Part shown: positions 48,457 through 58,668 of the stretch, in pieces | Layout: each line of letters opens with the position of its first letter | How positions within the stretch are numbered: the stretch's first letter is position 1 | Source: Candidatus Limnocylindria bacterium | GTDB taxonomy: Bacteria; Chloroflexota; Limnocylindria; QHBO01 | Assembly: GCA_038233215.1 (NCBI GenBank) | Contig: JBBSML010000005.1 | Coordinates: forward strand, 42,573-106,572 | Direction of reading: 5' to 3' | DNA: 64,000 nucleotides | Made by a program: the position numbers and the translations under genes | The notes under the pieces: model-generated | The model's database searches: none | What the model saw: the letters and a program-made list of their open reading frames with translations, nothing else | Told to the model about the DNA's origin: nothing

Positions 48457-51273
48457 ATGAGCGATCCGGCCCGGGCGGGGATCGACCTCGACGGCGAATG
48501 GCGCTTCGTCGCCGATACAGAGCGGCTCTTTGATGCGACATCGCTTCCGCACGGGGATCCGATCATGGTTCCCGGGTGCTGGGAGGCGCAGGTGCCGCGC
48601 CCGTATCGCATCATCACCGCCTGGTATCACCGCTCATTCGAGGTTCCGGCCGATTGGCGAGGCGGCACGATCCTCATCGGCTTCGGTGCCGTGATGTACC
48701 GCTGCGCGGTATGGCTGAACGGGCACCGGATCGGCAGCCATGAGGGCGGATACACCCCGTTTGCGCTCGAGGCGCCGGACGAGGCGGTCCGCTGGAGTGA
48801 GGCCAACCAGATCGCGGTCGAGGTGCAGAATCCGCTCAACGCCATAGCCGAGTACCCGGCCCTTGCCGTGGAACGCGTGCTCAATGCCGAACAGTACGCG
48901 CCCGATCTGCCGTTGTCCGAGGCGCCGCATGGTAAGCAGACGTGGTACTCGAGCCAGAGCGGGATCTGGAAGTCGGTCCGTGCCGAGCGTGTTGGCACAG
49001 CTCATTTTGACGCGCTGCTGGTCCTGCCCGACGTCGCGGCATCGTCGGCAACCGCGCGCTGGCGCGTCACCGGCGCGCCATCGGTTCGTGGACTGAGTCT
49101 CGACCTGGCAGTGTTCGACCCGTCTGGGCTCGAGGTCTCACGCACCCGCGTCGCCCTCGACGAGGGATCCAGAAGCGGGGAGGCATCGGTCCCGGTGCCG
49201 CAGCCGCAGCTGTGGGATCTGGACAGCCCTCTGCTCTACCGGCTGGATGCGCGCCTGGTCGGGACCGATGGCGAGCAGGATTGCCTCAATAAGCGCTTCG
49301 GGATGCGCACGGTGGGGACTGCCGATGGCGCGGTGACGCTCAACGGACGTCCCGTCTACCTGCTCGGCGTGCTCGACCAGGACCTGTACCCCGACACGAT
49401 CTCCACGCCACCGTCCAGGGCGTTCCTGCGAGAGCAGATACAACGCGTCAAGGAGCTGGGCTTTAACCTCCTACGCTGCCATATCAAGGTTCCCGACCCG
49501 GCGTACCTGGAGCTCGCCGATGAGGAGGGCGTCCTCGTATGGTGCGAGCTGCCCAACTGGAGTCGCTTCACGGTCGAGTCGGCGGCTCGCGGACGGACGA
49601 CGCTGGAACGAATGGTCGAGACGATGGGCGATCATCCGTCGGTCATTATCTGGACGATCATCAACGAGGACTGGGGGACGCGCCTTCGATACGAGCGTCG
49701 CGACCGGGAGTGGCTGCGCGGAACGTATGAATGGCTCAAGCATCTGGATCCGACCCGGTTGGTGGTCGACAACTCGGCATGTGAGACCGGCGAGACACCC
49801 AACTTCCACGTCCGGTCCGATGTCGCCGATTTCCACGTGTACTTTGGGCCCGATAACGCGGTCCGCTGGAAGAACATGATCTCGGACTTTGCACGCCGTC
49901 CCGCGTGGCTCTGGAGTCCGCATGGCGACGCGGAGCCGATGGGGGACGAACCGCTGATCCTGAGCGAGTTCGGAGGCTGGGGGCTTCCCCGGCTCGACCG
50001 GATGGTGGAGCACCACGGGGGAGAGCCGTGGTGGTTCGGGACGGGCCAGGGCTACTACCGCCCATCCGGGATCCGTCGTCGCTTCCACAGGTACGGCCTG
50101 GACCGCATGTGGTCCACGGTCGACGATCTTGCCGACGCGACCCAATGGTTCCAGTTCGAGGCGCTTCAGTTCCAGATAGCCGAGCTGCGTCGTCACGCGT
50201 CGATCACCGGGTATGTCGTCACCGAGTTGTCCGACGCTTACTGGGAGGCCAACGGCGTCCTGGACCCCATGCGGGGGCCGAAGATCTATCACGCGCGTTT
50301 TCGGGAGATCAACGCGCCGGACGTGGTCGCCATCATCCCGAACCGGCGTGACGTGTGGGGTGGTGATCGGATCAGCGGGGAGGTTTTCGTGTCCTCCTTC
50401 GCGCCGGAGCGCTCGGACGGTGGTTCGGTCGGCTGGACGCTCGAGGTGGATGGGAGCCAGGTGCAGAGCGGCGAAATGCCCCTCGCGTCGTGGCCGCAGT
50501 TCGGCGTCGCGGAGCTGGGAATCCTCGAGGTGGACGCTCCGCAGGTGGAGGTGCCGGTCGATGCCTGGTTGACACTCACCGCTCGCGACGGAGCTGGGCA
50601 TCCGCGCGCCGAGAGCCGGATGCGCTTCGCCGTGCTGCCTTCCGCCACGGAGGGCCGGCCGTCTCACGGCGTTAGCGTGGAGGACCCGCTCGATATCTGG
50701 GGCCTGCGTGGACGTATCGAGGCCCTCGGGCATCGGATCGTCCCGCGCGACGAAGGGGATCTGGTCATCACCACGCAGCTGACAGCCGATCTCCTCGAGT
50801 ACGCCGAGGCCGGTGGACGGGTCCTCGTCCTTGTTCGCTCCGCCAGCGCGCTGCCGGCAGACCTGGAGATGCGTCGGCGAGTTGACGCGCACCTGCGCCG
50901 TCTGCCGCACGCCGGCTGGCCGGGACAGCGGAGCCCGTGGGAGGGCGATTGGGTCAGCAGCTTCAGCTGGATCCTGCCCGGGGCGTTCCCGCAGCTGCCC
51001 GGACGCCCCCTGCTGGACGCGGCGTATGAAGAGGTGGCTCCGGACCACGTGCTGCTCGGATACGACCCGGTGAAGCATCGCGACGAGGTCGTGGCCGGCA
51101 TGTTCGTCGGCTGGGTCCACGAGCCGGCCGCACTGCTGTGGTCCTTTGACCAGGGCGCGGGCTCCCTGGTCATCACGACCTTCCGGCTGGCGCCCGAGTC
51201 GGGGCCGGTCGCAGCCACCATGCTCCAGTGCCTCATCGATCGCATTGTGGAGCCGCGCCCAGTCAGAAGGTGA
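48457..51273 (+). CDS. Glycoside hydrolase family 2-like (beta-galactosidase / beta-mannosidase type)
   Basis: Sugar-binding jelly-roll N-terminus (DLDGEWRF), TIM barrel with an NEDWG-type acid/base region. Confidence 0.65.
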   Translation: MSDPARAGIDLDGEWRFVADTERLFDATSLPHGDPIMVPGCWEAQVPRPYRIITAWYHRSFEVPADWRGGTILIGFGAVMYRCAVWLNGHRIGSHEGGYTPFALEAPDEAVRWSEANQIAVEVQNPLNAIAEYPALAVERVLNAEQYAPDLPLSEAPHGKQTWYSSQSGIWKSVRAERVGTAHFDALLVLPDVAASSATARWRVTGAPSVRGLSLDLAVFDPSGLEVSRTRVALDEGSRSGEASVPVPQPQLWDLDSPLLYRLDARLVGTDGEQDCLNKRFGMRTVGTADGAVTLNGRPVYLLGVLDQDLYPDTISTPPSRAFLREQIQRVKELGFNLLRCHIKVPDPAYLELADEEGVLVWCELPNWSRFTVESAARGRTTLERMVETMGDHPSVIIWTIINEDWGTRLRYERRDREWLRGTYEWLKHLDPTRLVVDNSACETGETPNFHVRSDVADFHVYFGPDNAVRWKNMISDFARRPAWLWSPHGDAEPMGDEPLILSEFGGWGLPRLDRMVEHHGGEPWWFGTGQGYYRPSGIRRRFHRYGLDRMWSTVDDLADATQWFQFEALQFQIAELRRHASITGYVVTELSDAYWEANGVLDPMRGPKIYHARFREINAPDVVAIIPNRRDVWGGDRISGEVFVSSFAPERSDGGSVGWTLEVDGSQVQSGEMPLASWPQFGVAELGILEVDAPQVEVPVDAWLTLTARDGAGHPRAESRMRFAVLPSATEGRPSHGVSVEDPLDIWGLRGRIEALGHRIVPRDEGDLVITTQLTADLLEYAEAGGRVLVLVRSASALPADLEMRRRVDAHLRRLPHAGWPGQRSPWEGDWVSSFSWILPGAFPQLPGRPLLDAAYEEVAPDHVLLGYDPVKHRDEVVAGMFVGWVHEPAALLWSFDQGAGSLVITTFRLAPESGPVAATMLQCLIDRIVEPRPVRR

Positions 51274-52291
51274 TTGCGACCTTTCCGGCACGCCCGCTAT
51301 CAGCCAGCCGGTACGCCGCCTCGGCCTCCTCGAGAGCGAACCGATCGGTGACCATGACCTCCGGATGGAGGTCCCAGCGCACGAGGAGCTCGACGAGCTC
51401 GTCCATCTGGGCAAGACTGCAGACCCACGAGCCAACGAGCGTGAGCTGTGGGTGAATGACAATTGGGGAGACTTCGAACGTCAGTGTGCCGCCCTCACCG
51501 ACGAACGCCACGCGCCCCCACCGGCGTGCCGAGCGCAGCGCGAGCACCCGCGCCTCAGCGTTGCCTGAGCACTCGATCCCGACCTCGAACCCTCTGCCTT
51601 CGGTGAGGTTCGCCAGGTCGGCCTCGCGGCCGTCGCTCACGTTGATGCCGAGCCGCTCCGCCAGCGCTCGACGCTCGGGCATGGTCTCCACGCCGATGAC
51701 GTCTGCCCCGAGTGCACGGCACAGGAGGGCGGCACCGATGCCGACCGGTCCCAGCCCGGTCACCAGCACCCGATCGTTCCCTGACACGCCGACGCGTCGA
51801 CAGGCCGCATAGGCCGTGCCCAGGCCACAGGCCACCATGGCGCCGTCGAGGAAGGTCAGGGGTTGGGGAAGCCGGACCAGGGTTCGCTCCTCTGCCAACA
51901 GGTACGGCGCGTGCCCGCCGTTGCGCTGCCAGCCGTATGCCGCCCGCGCGGCGCTCGAGCACGAGATCATCCAGCCGCTCCGGCAGTCAGCGCAGAGGCC
52001 GCACCCGGCGATGTGGTACACGATCACTCGGTCGCCGGGCGCGAAGCGCGTGGAGCCGGGACCGACGGCCTCGATCTCGCCACATGGCTCGTGTCCGGCG
52101 ATGACGCCCCGGTATGCCTCGGGCCCCTCTCCCTGCTCGTGCGGCCGGTAGATGGCACGGAGGTCGCTCCCGCAGATGGACGAGGCGCGCATGCGAATGA
52201 CGACCTGTCCCGGTCCCGGCTCCGGCACCTCGAACTCCCGCAGCTCGACGCGCTGCCCGCCGGGCAGGACGACGCCGGGCATGCTCGTCAT
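51263..52291 (-). CDS. Zinc-dependent alcohol dehydrogenase (MDR family)
   Basis: GHEPCGEIEAVG catalytic zinc site, the structural zinc Cys cluster (CGLCADCRSGWMISC), and GLGPVG NAD-binding motif. Start at MTSMPG. Confidence 0.85.
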   Translation of the reverse strand: MTSMPGVVLPGGQRVELREFEVPEPGPGQVVIRMRASSICGSDLRAIYRPHEQGEGPEAYRGVIAGHEPCGEIEAVGPGSTRFAPGDRVIVYHIAGCGLCADCRSGWMISCSSAARAAYGWQRNGGHAPYLLAEERTLVRLPQPLTFLDGAMVACGLGTAYAACRRVGVSGNDRVLVTGLGPVGIGAALLCRALGADVIGVETMPERRALAERLGINVSDGREADLANLTEGRGFEVGIECSGNAEARVLALRSARRWGRVAFVGEGGTLTFEVSPIVIHPQLTLVGSWVCSLAQMDELVELLVRWDLHPEVMVTDRFALEEAEAAYRLADSGRAGKVAITF

Positions 52292-52437
52292 GTCGCGGAC
52301 TCCGACCCTGTGCCGAACTGCCGCGCCGACCGGTTCAAACCCGACCCTCCGTTGGTTTGTGGGAGCATAGCGCCACGATCCGCAGTGGCGGGGTTGACCC
52401 GATGCATCCAGAGGCACCCGATGACCCGCTCGTGAGC

Positions 52438-52557
52438 ATGACGGTCGAGTCTGTCGAGCGACCTGACGGGCGGTATCTCGTCTACTACTCCTGGCCTCCG
52501 GAACCCGAACCCCCCGCGGACGAGCGCATGGCCCCATCGACGGAACACGATGTCTGA
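52438..52557 (+). pseudogene. galT: N-terminal segment of galT in a different reading frame from the main galT ORF
   Basis: The fragment contains the actinobacterial GalT N-terminal motif PDGRYLVYY and ends 7 nt after the downstream-frame ATG. Confidence 0.4.
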
Positions 52558-53530
52558 GCTGCGCTGGAACCCATTCCTGAGCGAATGGCTGATCACCGCC
52601 ACGCACCGCCAGGATCGGACCTTTCTGCCGCCGCGCGACTATTGCCCGCTGTGTCCGAGCCAGCCGGGGATGCCCGCGACCGAGATCGACCGAGAGCAGT
52701 TCGAGATCGCCGTCTTCGAGAATCGGTTCCCGTCGCTGCGGCCGCATCCCGAGAGGCCATCGGTTGAAGGGACGGAGCTCATGCCCGTGCGGCCGTCGGT
52801 TGGCGTGTGCGAGGTCGTCGTGTACACCCCGAAGCACGACGCGACGCTGGCGGACGCCACGCACGCGCACCTCGAACGGCTGATCGCGGTGTGGGCGCAC
52901 CGAACCCTCGAGCTTGGTGCGCGGCCCGAGGTCGCTTACGTCTTCGTCTTCGAGAACAAGGGCGAGGCGATCGGCGTCACGTTGAATCATCCTCACGGCC
53001 AGATCTACGCGTATCCCTACGTGCCGCCGATCATCGAGCGGGAGGCGAGGGCCGCGCGGTCACATGCGGCCGATCAAGGTTCCTGCCTGTGGTGTCGCGC
53101 GCAGCAGGAGGAGCTGGACGACGGCCGACGCATCGTTATCGAGAATTCAAGCTGGGTCGCGGGCGTTCCCTTTGCCGCTCGATGGCCCTTCGAGGTTCAC
53201 CTCGTTCCCCGGCGTCATGTCGGCTGGCTTCACGAGCTCGATCTCGCCGAGCGACGCGACCTGGCGATCATCCTCCGGTCGCTGCTGCGGGGCTACGATC
53301 GGCTCTTTGGGTTTTCGTTGCCGTACATCATGTCCGTCCATCAGCGCCCAACCGATGGCGACCACCGCGACGACTACCACCTGCACATCGAGTTCTATCC
53401 GCCACATCGGACGGAGACCAAGCTCAAGTACCTCGCCGGCTCAGAGGCCGGAGCTGGCGCCTTCATCAACGACACGTTGCCGGAGGAGACAGCTCCGAGG
53501 CTCCGCACGGCGGTGGGGGATCGGGACTGA
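52550..53530 (+). CDS. galT: Galactose-1-phosphate uridylyltransferase (main frame)
   Basis: CPLCPS zinc site and HPHGQIYAYPYVPP active-site motif. Confidence 0.8.
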   Translation: MSELRWNPFLSEWLITATHRQDRTFLPPRDYCPLCPSQPGMPATEIDREQFEIAVFENRFPSLRPHPERPSVEGTELMPVRPSVGVCEVVVYTPKHDATLADATHAHLERLIAVWAHRTLELGARPEVAYVFVFENKGEAIGVTLNHPHGQIYAYPYVPPIIEREARAARSHAADQGSCLWCRAQQEELDDGRRIVIENSSWVAGVPFAARWPFEVHLVPRRHVGWLHELDLAERRDLAIILRSLLRGYDRLFGFSLPYIMSVHQRPTDGDHRDDYHLHIEFYPPHRTETKLKYLAGSEAGAGAFINDTLPEETAPRLRTAVGDRD

Positions 53531-54696
53531 TGATCGACGTCGAACAGCTTCACGCGGCCCTGGTGCAAGCCTATCCGGACGCCGATGCGCCGGCAGCGCG
53601 CCTGGTTCGCGCACCCGGACGAGTGAACCTCATCGGAGAGCATACCGATTACAACGACGGCCTCGTCCTGCCCGCGGCGATCAATCTTGAGACCTGGATC
53701 GCGGCCGTCCCGTCGAGCGACCGCCGGGTCGAGCTCACGTTGGCCGATGGCAGCCGGGACGGCTTCGACCTCGATGACATCGGTCCAGCGCGCGGCTCAT
53801 GGATTGACACCGTGGCCGGGATGGCCTGGTCCCTCGCGCGGTCCGGAGTTGCGCTTCACGGTTTGCGCGGGGTCGTGGCCACGGAGATCCCGATCGGCTC
53901 GGGGCTCTCCTCGTCGGCCGCCTTCCAGTTGGCGGCGGCCTGGGCGATGTCCCTTATCCTCCCGCCGATGGAATCGATGGACCTGGCCAAGTCCGCGCAG
54001 CGGGCGGAGAACGAGTACGTCGGCGTCCGCTCCGGGATCATGGACCAGTTCGCCTCTGCGCATGGCCGGCCCGACGCCGCGCTGCTGCTGGACTGTCGGT
54101 CCCTGGACTTCCGTGCAGTGACGTTGCCGCTGGGCGAGTACGCCCTCGTCGTGTGCGACACTCGCTCGCCGCGGCGCCTCGAGACGTCCGAGTACAACGC
54201 CCGTCGAGCTGAGTGCGAGGTCGCGGTGGAGACCCTGTCGCGTCGCATGCCGGGGGTGCGCTCGCTGCGGGACGTCGATATGGAGATGCTCGACCGGTTC
54301 GGGGCTGAGCTCAATCCCGTAGCTCGGCGGCGCGCGACGCACGTGGTTGCCGAGAACGAGCGCGTGGGCCTATCGGTCGCCGCCATCGAGACGGGACAGG
54401 TCGAGCGCCTCGGCGAGCTGTGGGCTCAAAGCCACCGGTCCCTGCGAGATCTGTACGAGGTCACCTCTCCGGAGCTGGACGCGCTTGTCGAGATCGCCGT
54501 GGGCACCACCGGTGTCGTGGCGGCTCGGATGACCGGCGCGGGATTTGGAGGCTGCACCGTGAACCTCGTCGAGCGTGAGGCGGTTGAGGAGCTGCGGAAG
54601 CGCATCAAGCGTGAGTACGAAGCCAGGTTTGGCCGCGATGCGGGCTTTCATCCTGTCGAGCCGGCGGTGGGCGCCGGCGAGGTAGCGGGATCGTGA
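53530..54696 (+). CDS. galK: Galactokinase
   Basis: RAPGRVNLIGEHTDY signature and GHMP motif PIGSGLSSSAA. The start overlaps the galT stop. Confidence 0.9.
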   Translation: MIDVEQLHAALVQAYPDADAPAARLVRAPGRVNLIGEHTDYNDGLVLPAAINLETWIAAVPSSDRRVELTLADGSRDGFDLDDIGPARGSWIDTVAGMAWSLARSGVALHGLRGVVATEIPIGSGLSSSAAFQLAAAWAMSLILPPMESMDLAKSAQRAENEYVGVRSGIMDQFASAHGRPDAALLLDCRSLDFRAVTLPLGEYALVVCDTRSPRRLETSEYNARRAECEVAVETLSRRMPGVRSLRDVDMEMLDRFGAELNPVARRRATHVVAENERVGLSVAAIETGQVERLGELWAQSHRSLRDLYEVTSPELDALVEIAVGTTGVVAARMTGAGFGGCTVNLVEREAVEELRKRIKREYEARFGRDAGFHPVEPAVGAGEVAGS

Positions 54697-55715
54697 GCGA
54701 CGAGACGCGCGCGGTCCTCGTCGGTGAGCGGCTGGATGCCATTCGGCGCCTGCTCGACGACCGGGGAGCCCCCGCGGCGCTCCTCACCGCCCGACGGAAC
54801 TTCGCCTGGGCCACGGCCGGCGGCGAGAATCACGTGGTCCTGAGCAGTGAGACCGGGGTCGCGGGCATCCTCGTCACCCCCACCGACGCGTCGGTGCTGG
54901 CCGCCGTGAACGAAGCGCCCCGCATCGCCGACGAGGAGTTGGTCGGCCTGGGGCTGGAGATCCACGCGTTGCCGTGGCACGACGACGCAGCCATGGATCG
55001 CGAGACCCAGCGGCTGGCCGGTGGGCCGCCACTCGACGACGCGGCGCTGGAAGATGCGCTCCAGCCGATGCGCTGCCTTCTCTCCGAGATGGAGGCGACC
55101 CGTATGACGGAAATCGCCCGTAGCGCCACCGCCGCGGCCACCGCCGCGCTGGCAGCGGCGCATCCGGGCGCGCGCGAGGTTGAGGTAGCCGCCACGGCGA
55201 TGGCATCCCTGGCGGGAAAGGGCATCCGAGCTCCCGTCCTGCTCGCCGCTGCCGACGACCGCATCAGCCGCTATCGGCACCCGCTGCCGGGCGAGCGCCG
55301 CGTGGAGCATCGGCTCATGCTGGTGGTCGTTGCGGAGCGCTGGGGCCTGCACGTGGCCGTAACGCGCTTCGCCGAGCTTCGGCCGCCCGACGCGGACCTC
55401 TCCGCGCGCATGGCGGCCGCGGAGCAGGTCCACGCGGCGATGATCGAGGCGACCCGATCCGGGCGGACACTCGGCGACGTGTTCGCCGCCGCGCAGGAAG
55501 CCTACGCAGACGCCGGCCATGCCGACGAATGGCGGCTGCATCATCAGGGCGGCATCATCGGCTACCAGGGCCGCGAGCGGATCGCGGTTCCGGGTGATCC
55601 CACCGTCATCCGCGCCGGCATGGCGTTCGCCTGGAATCCCTCGGTGGCGGGCGCAAAGGCGGAGGAGACGGTCCTCCTCGCGGATGACGGCCCGCGGTTC
55701 CTCACCCGAGGGTGA
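54693..55715 (+). CDS. Creatinase/prolidase-fold (M24-like) protein
   Basis: GTGA overlap with galK. Pita-bread-fold C-terminal pattern with partial metal-ligand conservation. Confidence 0.45.
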   Translation: MSDETRAVLVGERLDAIRRLLDDRGAPAALLTARRNFAWATAGGENHVVLSSETGVAGILVTPTDASVLAAVNEAPRIADEELVGLGLEIHALPWHDDAAMDRETQRLAGGPPLDDAALEDALQPMRCLLSEMEATRMTEIARSATAAATAALAAAHPGAREVEVAATAMASLAGKGIRAPVLLAAADDRISRYRHPLPGERRVEHRLMLVVVAERWGLHVAVTRFAELRPPDADLSARMAAAEQVHAAMIEATRSGRTLGDVFAAAQEAYADAGHADEWRLHHQGGIIGYQGRERIAVPGDPTVIRAGMAFAWNPSVAGAKAEETVLLADDGPRFLTRG

Positions 55716-55716
55716 G

Positions 55717-55893
55717 CTACATGCTCGGCTGGTATCCCGGCTCGAAGAACTTCGCGGGCTCCTCGTCGAAATCGAGCTTGCAACCCTTCCCGCAGAAGTA
55801 ATAGGTTTCGCCGTCGTGGTCGCTCATCAGCGCCTGCGCCGATGCGACCTCCGGGTTGACGTCCATGCCACACACCGGGTCCTTGGCAGCCAT
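55717..55893 (-). CDS. YHS/TRASH-domain metal-binding protein (58 aa)
   Basis: Translation MAAKDPVCGMDVNPE...YYFCGKGCK...; CGM and C-x2-C motifs. Lies immediately downstream of copA. Below the ORF-track length cutoff. Confidence 0.6.
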   Translation of the reverse strand: MAAKDPVCGMDVNPEVASAQALMSDHDGETYYFCGKGCKLDFDEEPAKFFEPGYQPSM

Positions 55894-55918
55894 AGCTTGC
55901 GATCTCCCTTCGATTGGT

Positions 55919-58174
55919 TCAGGCGGTGCGGAAGGTCCGCAGCCGCAGTGAGTTGGCGACGACGCTGACGCTCGAAAGCGCCATCGCGCCGGCCGCGAGG
56001 GCAGGATTCAGCAGGAGTCCTGCCACCGGGAAGAGGAGCCCGGCGGCGATCGGGATGAGCAGCGCGTTGTAGCCGAATGCCCAGCCGAGGTTCTGGCGGA
56101 TCGTCCGCATCGTGGCGCGCGAGAGGCGCACCGCGGTCGGCACGCCGCCGAGGTCGTCACCGACCAGCGTGATATCGGATGCCTCGAGCGCAACGTCGGC
56201 ACCGGTGCCGATCGAGATGCCGAGGTCGGCCTGTGCCAGTGCCGGGGCGTCGTTGATGCCGTCGCCGACCATGGCCACGATGGCACCTTCCGCCTGGAGC
56301 TCTTCCACCTTGGCGGCCTTGTCGACCGGCATGACCTCGGCCAGGATCCGCTCGGGACCGATGCCGACCTGGCTGCCGATGGCGTCTGCGGTGGCCCGGC
56401 GGTCGCCGGTGATCATCCACACATCGAGCCCCGCGCGCTGGAGGCGGCCGACAGCCTCGGCCGACGCCGGCTTGACCGTATCGGCCAGTCCGATGAGCCC
56501 GATCAGGATGCCGTCACGTGCCACGAAGGCAGGTGAGGCGGCGCCGACATCGATCGCCTCGGCCTGGGTCAGGTCCACCCCGGCGTCCTCGAGGAATACG
56601 GCCGTCCCGACGAGCACCGTGGTTCCGTCGACGGTTGCACGCACGCCGCGCCCGGCAACCGCTTCGAACGATGTGGCCTCCACCATGGGGATGCCTCCCG
56701 CATCAGCGTGTCGCACGAGGGCCTCCGCCAACGGGTGCTCACTGCCGCGCTCGGCCGCCGCGACGACCCGGAGGAGATCCGCTTCGTCCGTGCCGGACAT
56801 CGGCCGCACCAGCGTCACCGCCGGCTCACCGCGCGTGATGGTTCCGGTCTTGTCGAGGACCACCGCGGTGATCCGCTGTGCATGTTCGAGCGCCCCGCCG
56901 TCGCGGATGAGAATGCCGCTTTCGGCACCCTTGCCGGTACCGACCATGATCGCTGTCGGGGTGGCGAGCCCCATGGCGCACGGGCAGGCGATGATCAGAA
57001 CGGCGATGGCGCTGGTCAGGGCATACGTGACCCTGGGCTCGGGCCCGAGCAGCATCCAACCGATGAAGGTGAGCGCCGCAATGGCGATCACCGCCGGAAC
57101 GAACCAGCCGGTGACCTGGTCGGCAACGCGCTGGATCGGCGCCTTGGAGCCCTGCGCCCGTTCGACGAGCGTCACGATCTGCGAAAGCGCCGTATCGCGC
57201 CCGATGCGCTCGGCGCGCATGACGAATGAGCCACTGGCATTGATGGTCGCGCCGATGACGCGGTCTCCCACCGCCTTCTCGACCGGCAGCGACTCGCCGG
57301 TGAGCATGGATTCATCCACCGCTGAGGCTCCGTCGATGAGGATGCCGTCGACCGGCACGCGATCGCCGGGACGGACCCGCACGAGGTCGCCGACGACGAC
57401 CTGGTCGATCGGTACCTCGCGCTCGCCGCCTTCGCGCAGGACGCGGGCGGTGTCCGGTCTCAGCTTCAGGAGCGCCTTCACGGCACCCGCGGCCTGGCCC
57501 TTGGCGCGGGCCTCGAGCCACCGACCCAGGAGGATGAGGCCGATGATGATGGCCGCGGAGTCGAAGTAGGTTTCGTGGCCGATGCCCGACGCCATGAGCA
57601 GATCGGGGAGCAACGTGACGACCAGCGAGTATCCGTACGCTGCCAGCGTTCCCATGGCCACCAGCGTGTTCATGTTGGCCTCCCCGTGGCGAGCGCCGCG
57701 CAGTGCGGCGACCAGGAAGCGACGTCCGTACACGAACTGGACGATCGTGGCCGGGACGAGGAACCAGCGGTTGATGTCGAGCATCGGCCACGGCGGCCCA
57801 CCGGGCGCGAACATGATCCCCATCATCATCGCGCCGATACCGAGCGAGATGATCGCGCCGGTCAGCAGCTCACGGCGCTCGGCGGCATGCTCCGCTTCGT
57901 CGGCGGCATCGGCCTCCTGGCTGCCAACAGCGGCGGTGGCTTCGCGGCCGACCTCGTAGCCTGCTGCCTCGATGCTGGCCACGATTCCCGTGCGGTCGAT
58001 CAGCGCCGGGTCGAAGCGCACGGTGGCGCGCTCGGTCGCCAGGTTGACGTGGGCGGTTGCCACGCCGTCCGCGCGATTGAGGTGGCGCTCGATTCGGTTG
58101 ACGCAGCTGGCGCAGGTCATGCCGATGACGGGCAGGGAGAGCTCGGCGGAAGTGTCGCTTACGGATGCTGTCAT
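55919..58174 (-). CDS. copA: Copper-translocating P1B-type ATPase
   Basis: N-terminal HMA GMTCASC, TM CPC motif, DKTGT phosphorylation site, and the GDGINDAP hinge. The start is uncertain (58174, 58186 or 58258). Confidence 0.9.
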   Translation of the reverse strand: MTASVSDTSAELSLPVIGMTCASCVNRIERHLNRADGVATAHVNLATERATVRFDPALIDRTGIVASIEAAGYEVGREATAAVGSQEADAADEAEHAAERRELLTGAIISLGIGAMMMGIMFAPGGPPWPMLDINRWFLVPATIVQFVYGRRFLVAALRGARHGEANMNTLVAMGTLAAYGYSLVVTLLPDLLMASGIGHETYFDSAAIIIGLILLGRWLEARAKGQAAGAVKALLKLRPDTARVLREGGEREVPIDQVVVGDLVRVRPGDRVPVDGILIDGASAVDESMLTGESLPVEKAVGDRVIGATINASGSFVMRAERIGRDTALSQIVTLVERAQGSKAPIQRVADQVTGWFVPAVIAIAALTFIGWMLLGPEPRVTYALTSAIAVLIIACPCAMGLATPTAIMVGTGKGAESGILIRDGGALEHAQRITAVVLDKTGTITRGEPAVTLVRPMSGTDEADLLRVVAAAERGSEHPLAEALVRHADAGGIPMVEATSFEAVAGRGVRATVDGTTVLVGTAVFLEDAGVDLTQAEAIDVGAASPAFVARDGILIGLIGLADTVKPASAEAVGRLQRAGLDVWMITGDRRATADAIGSQVGIGPERILAEVMPVDKAAKVEELQAEGAIVAMVGDGINDAPALAQADLGISIGTGADVALEASDITLVGDDLGGVPTAVRLSRATMRTIRQNLGWAFGYNALLIPIAAGLLFPVAGLLLNPALAAGAMALSSVSVVANSLRLRTFRTA

Positions 58175-58239
58175 GGCGTCCAGCATACTACAGGGGAGTA
58201 TCTTTGATCCAGTGCCGGTCCTGACAGAAGGCATGGCCC

Positions 58240-58659
58240 TTGCATGAACACCTGCCAATCATGCATGGCCGTATCCGAACTGCGCCGGCGCTGTACGTCG
58301 TGGACGATGACGTCGCGACCTGCGAGCTTCTCTGTGAGATCGCGCGCGATGCCGGTTGGGTGGCCACGGGATTTTCGTGTCTCACCGATCTGCGAGGCGC
58401 GCTCGGCGCGGCCAAGCCCAACCTGCTGATCCTGGATGACGACCTGCCGGACGGTCTTGGAGGAGATCTGGCCAGGGAGCTGCGTTCCAATGAGCGCTTG
58501 GCGAACATTCCGCTTGTCGTCTGCACGGCCGCGCATCCCATCCGGCGCGCAGAGATCGGGAGCTGGGCTCCGGTCATATCCAAACCCTTTGACCTGGCGG
58601 AGATCGACGCCTTCCTGGCTGTCGCGCGCAGCCAGTCCTACGAGCATCGCGCAGGCTAG
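58240..58659 (+). CDS. Stand-alone response regulator receiver domain protein
   Basis: VVDDD acidic pocket, [10 protein letters not shown] phospho-acceptor region, and the conserved T and K. The start may be 58261. Confidence 0.55.
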   Translation: MHEHLPIMHGRIRTAPALYVVDDDVATCELLCEIARDAGWVATGFSCLTDLRGALGAAKPNLLILDDDLPDGLGGDLARELRSNERLANIPLVVCTAAHPIRRAEIGSWAPVISKPFDLAEIDAFLAVARSQSYEHRAG

Positions 58660-58668
58660 GCTAGGCGC

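Noticed and set aside
49471-51462. 663-aa minus-strand ORF
   Set aside because: It is antisense to the GH2 gene.
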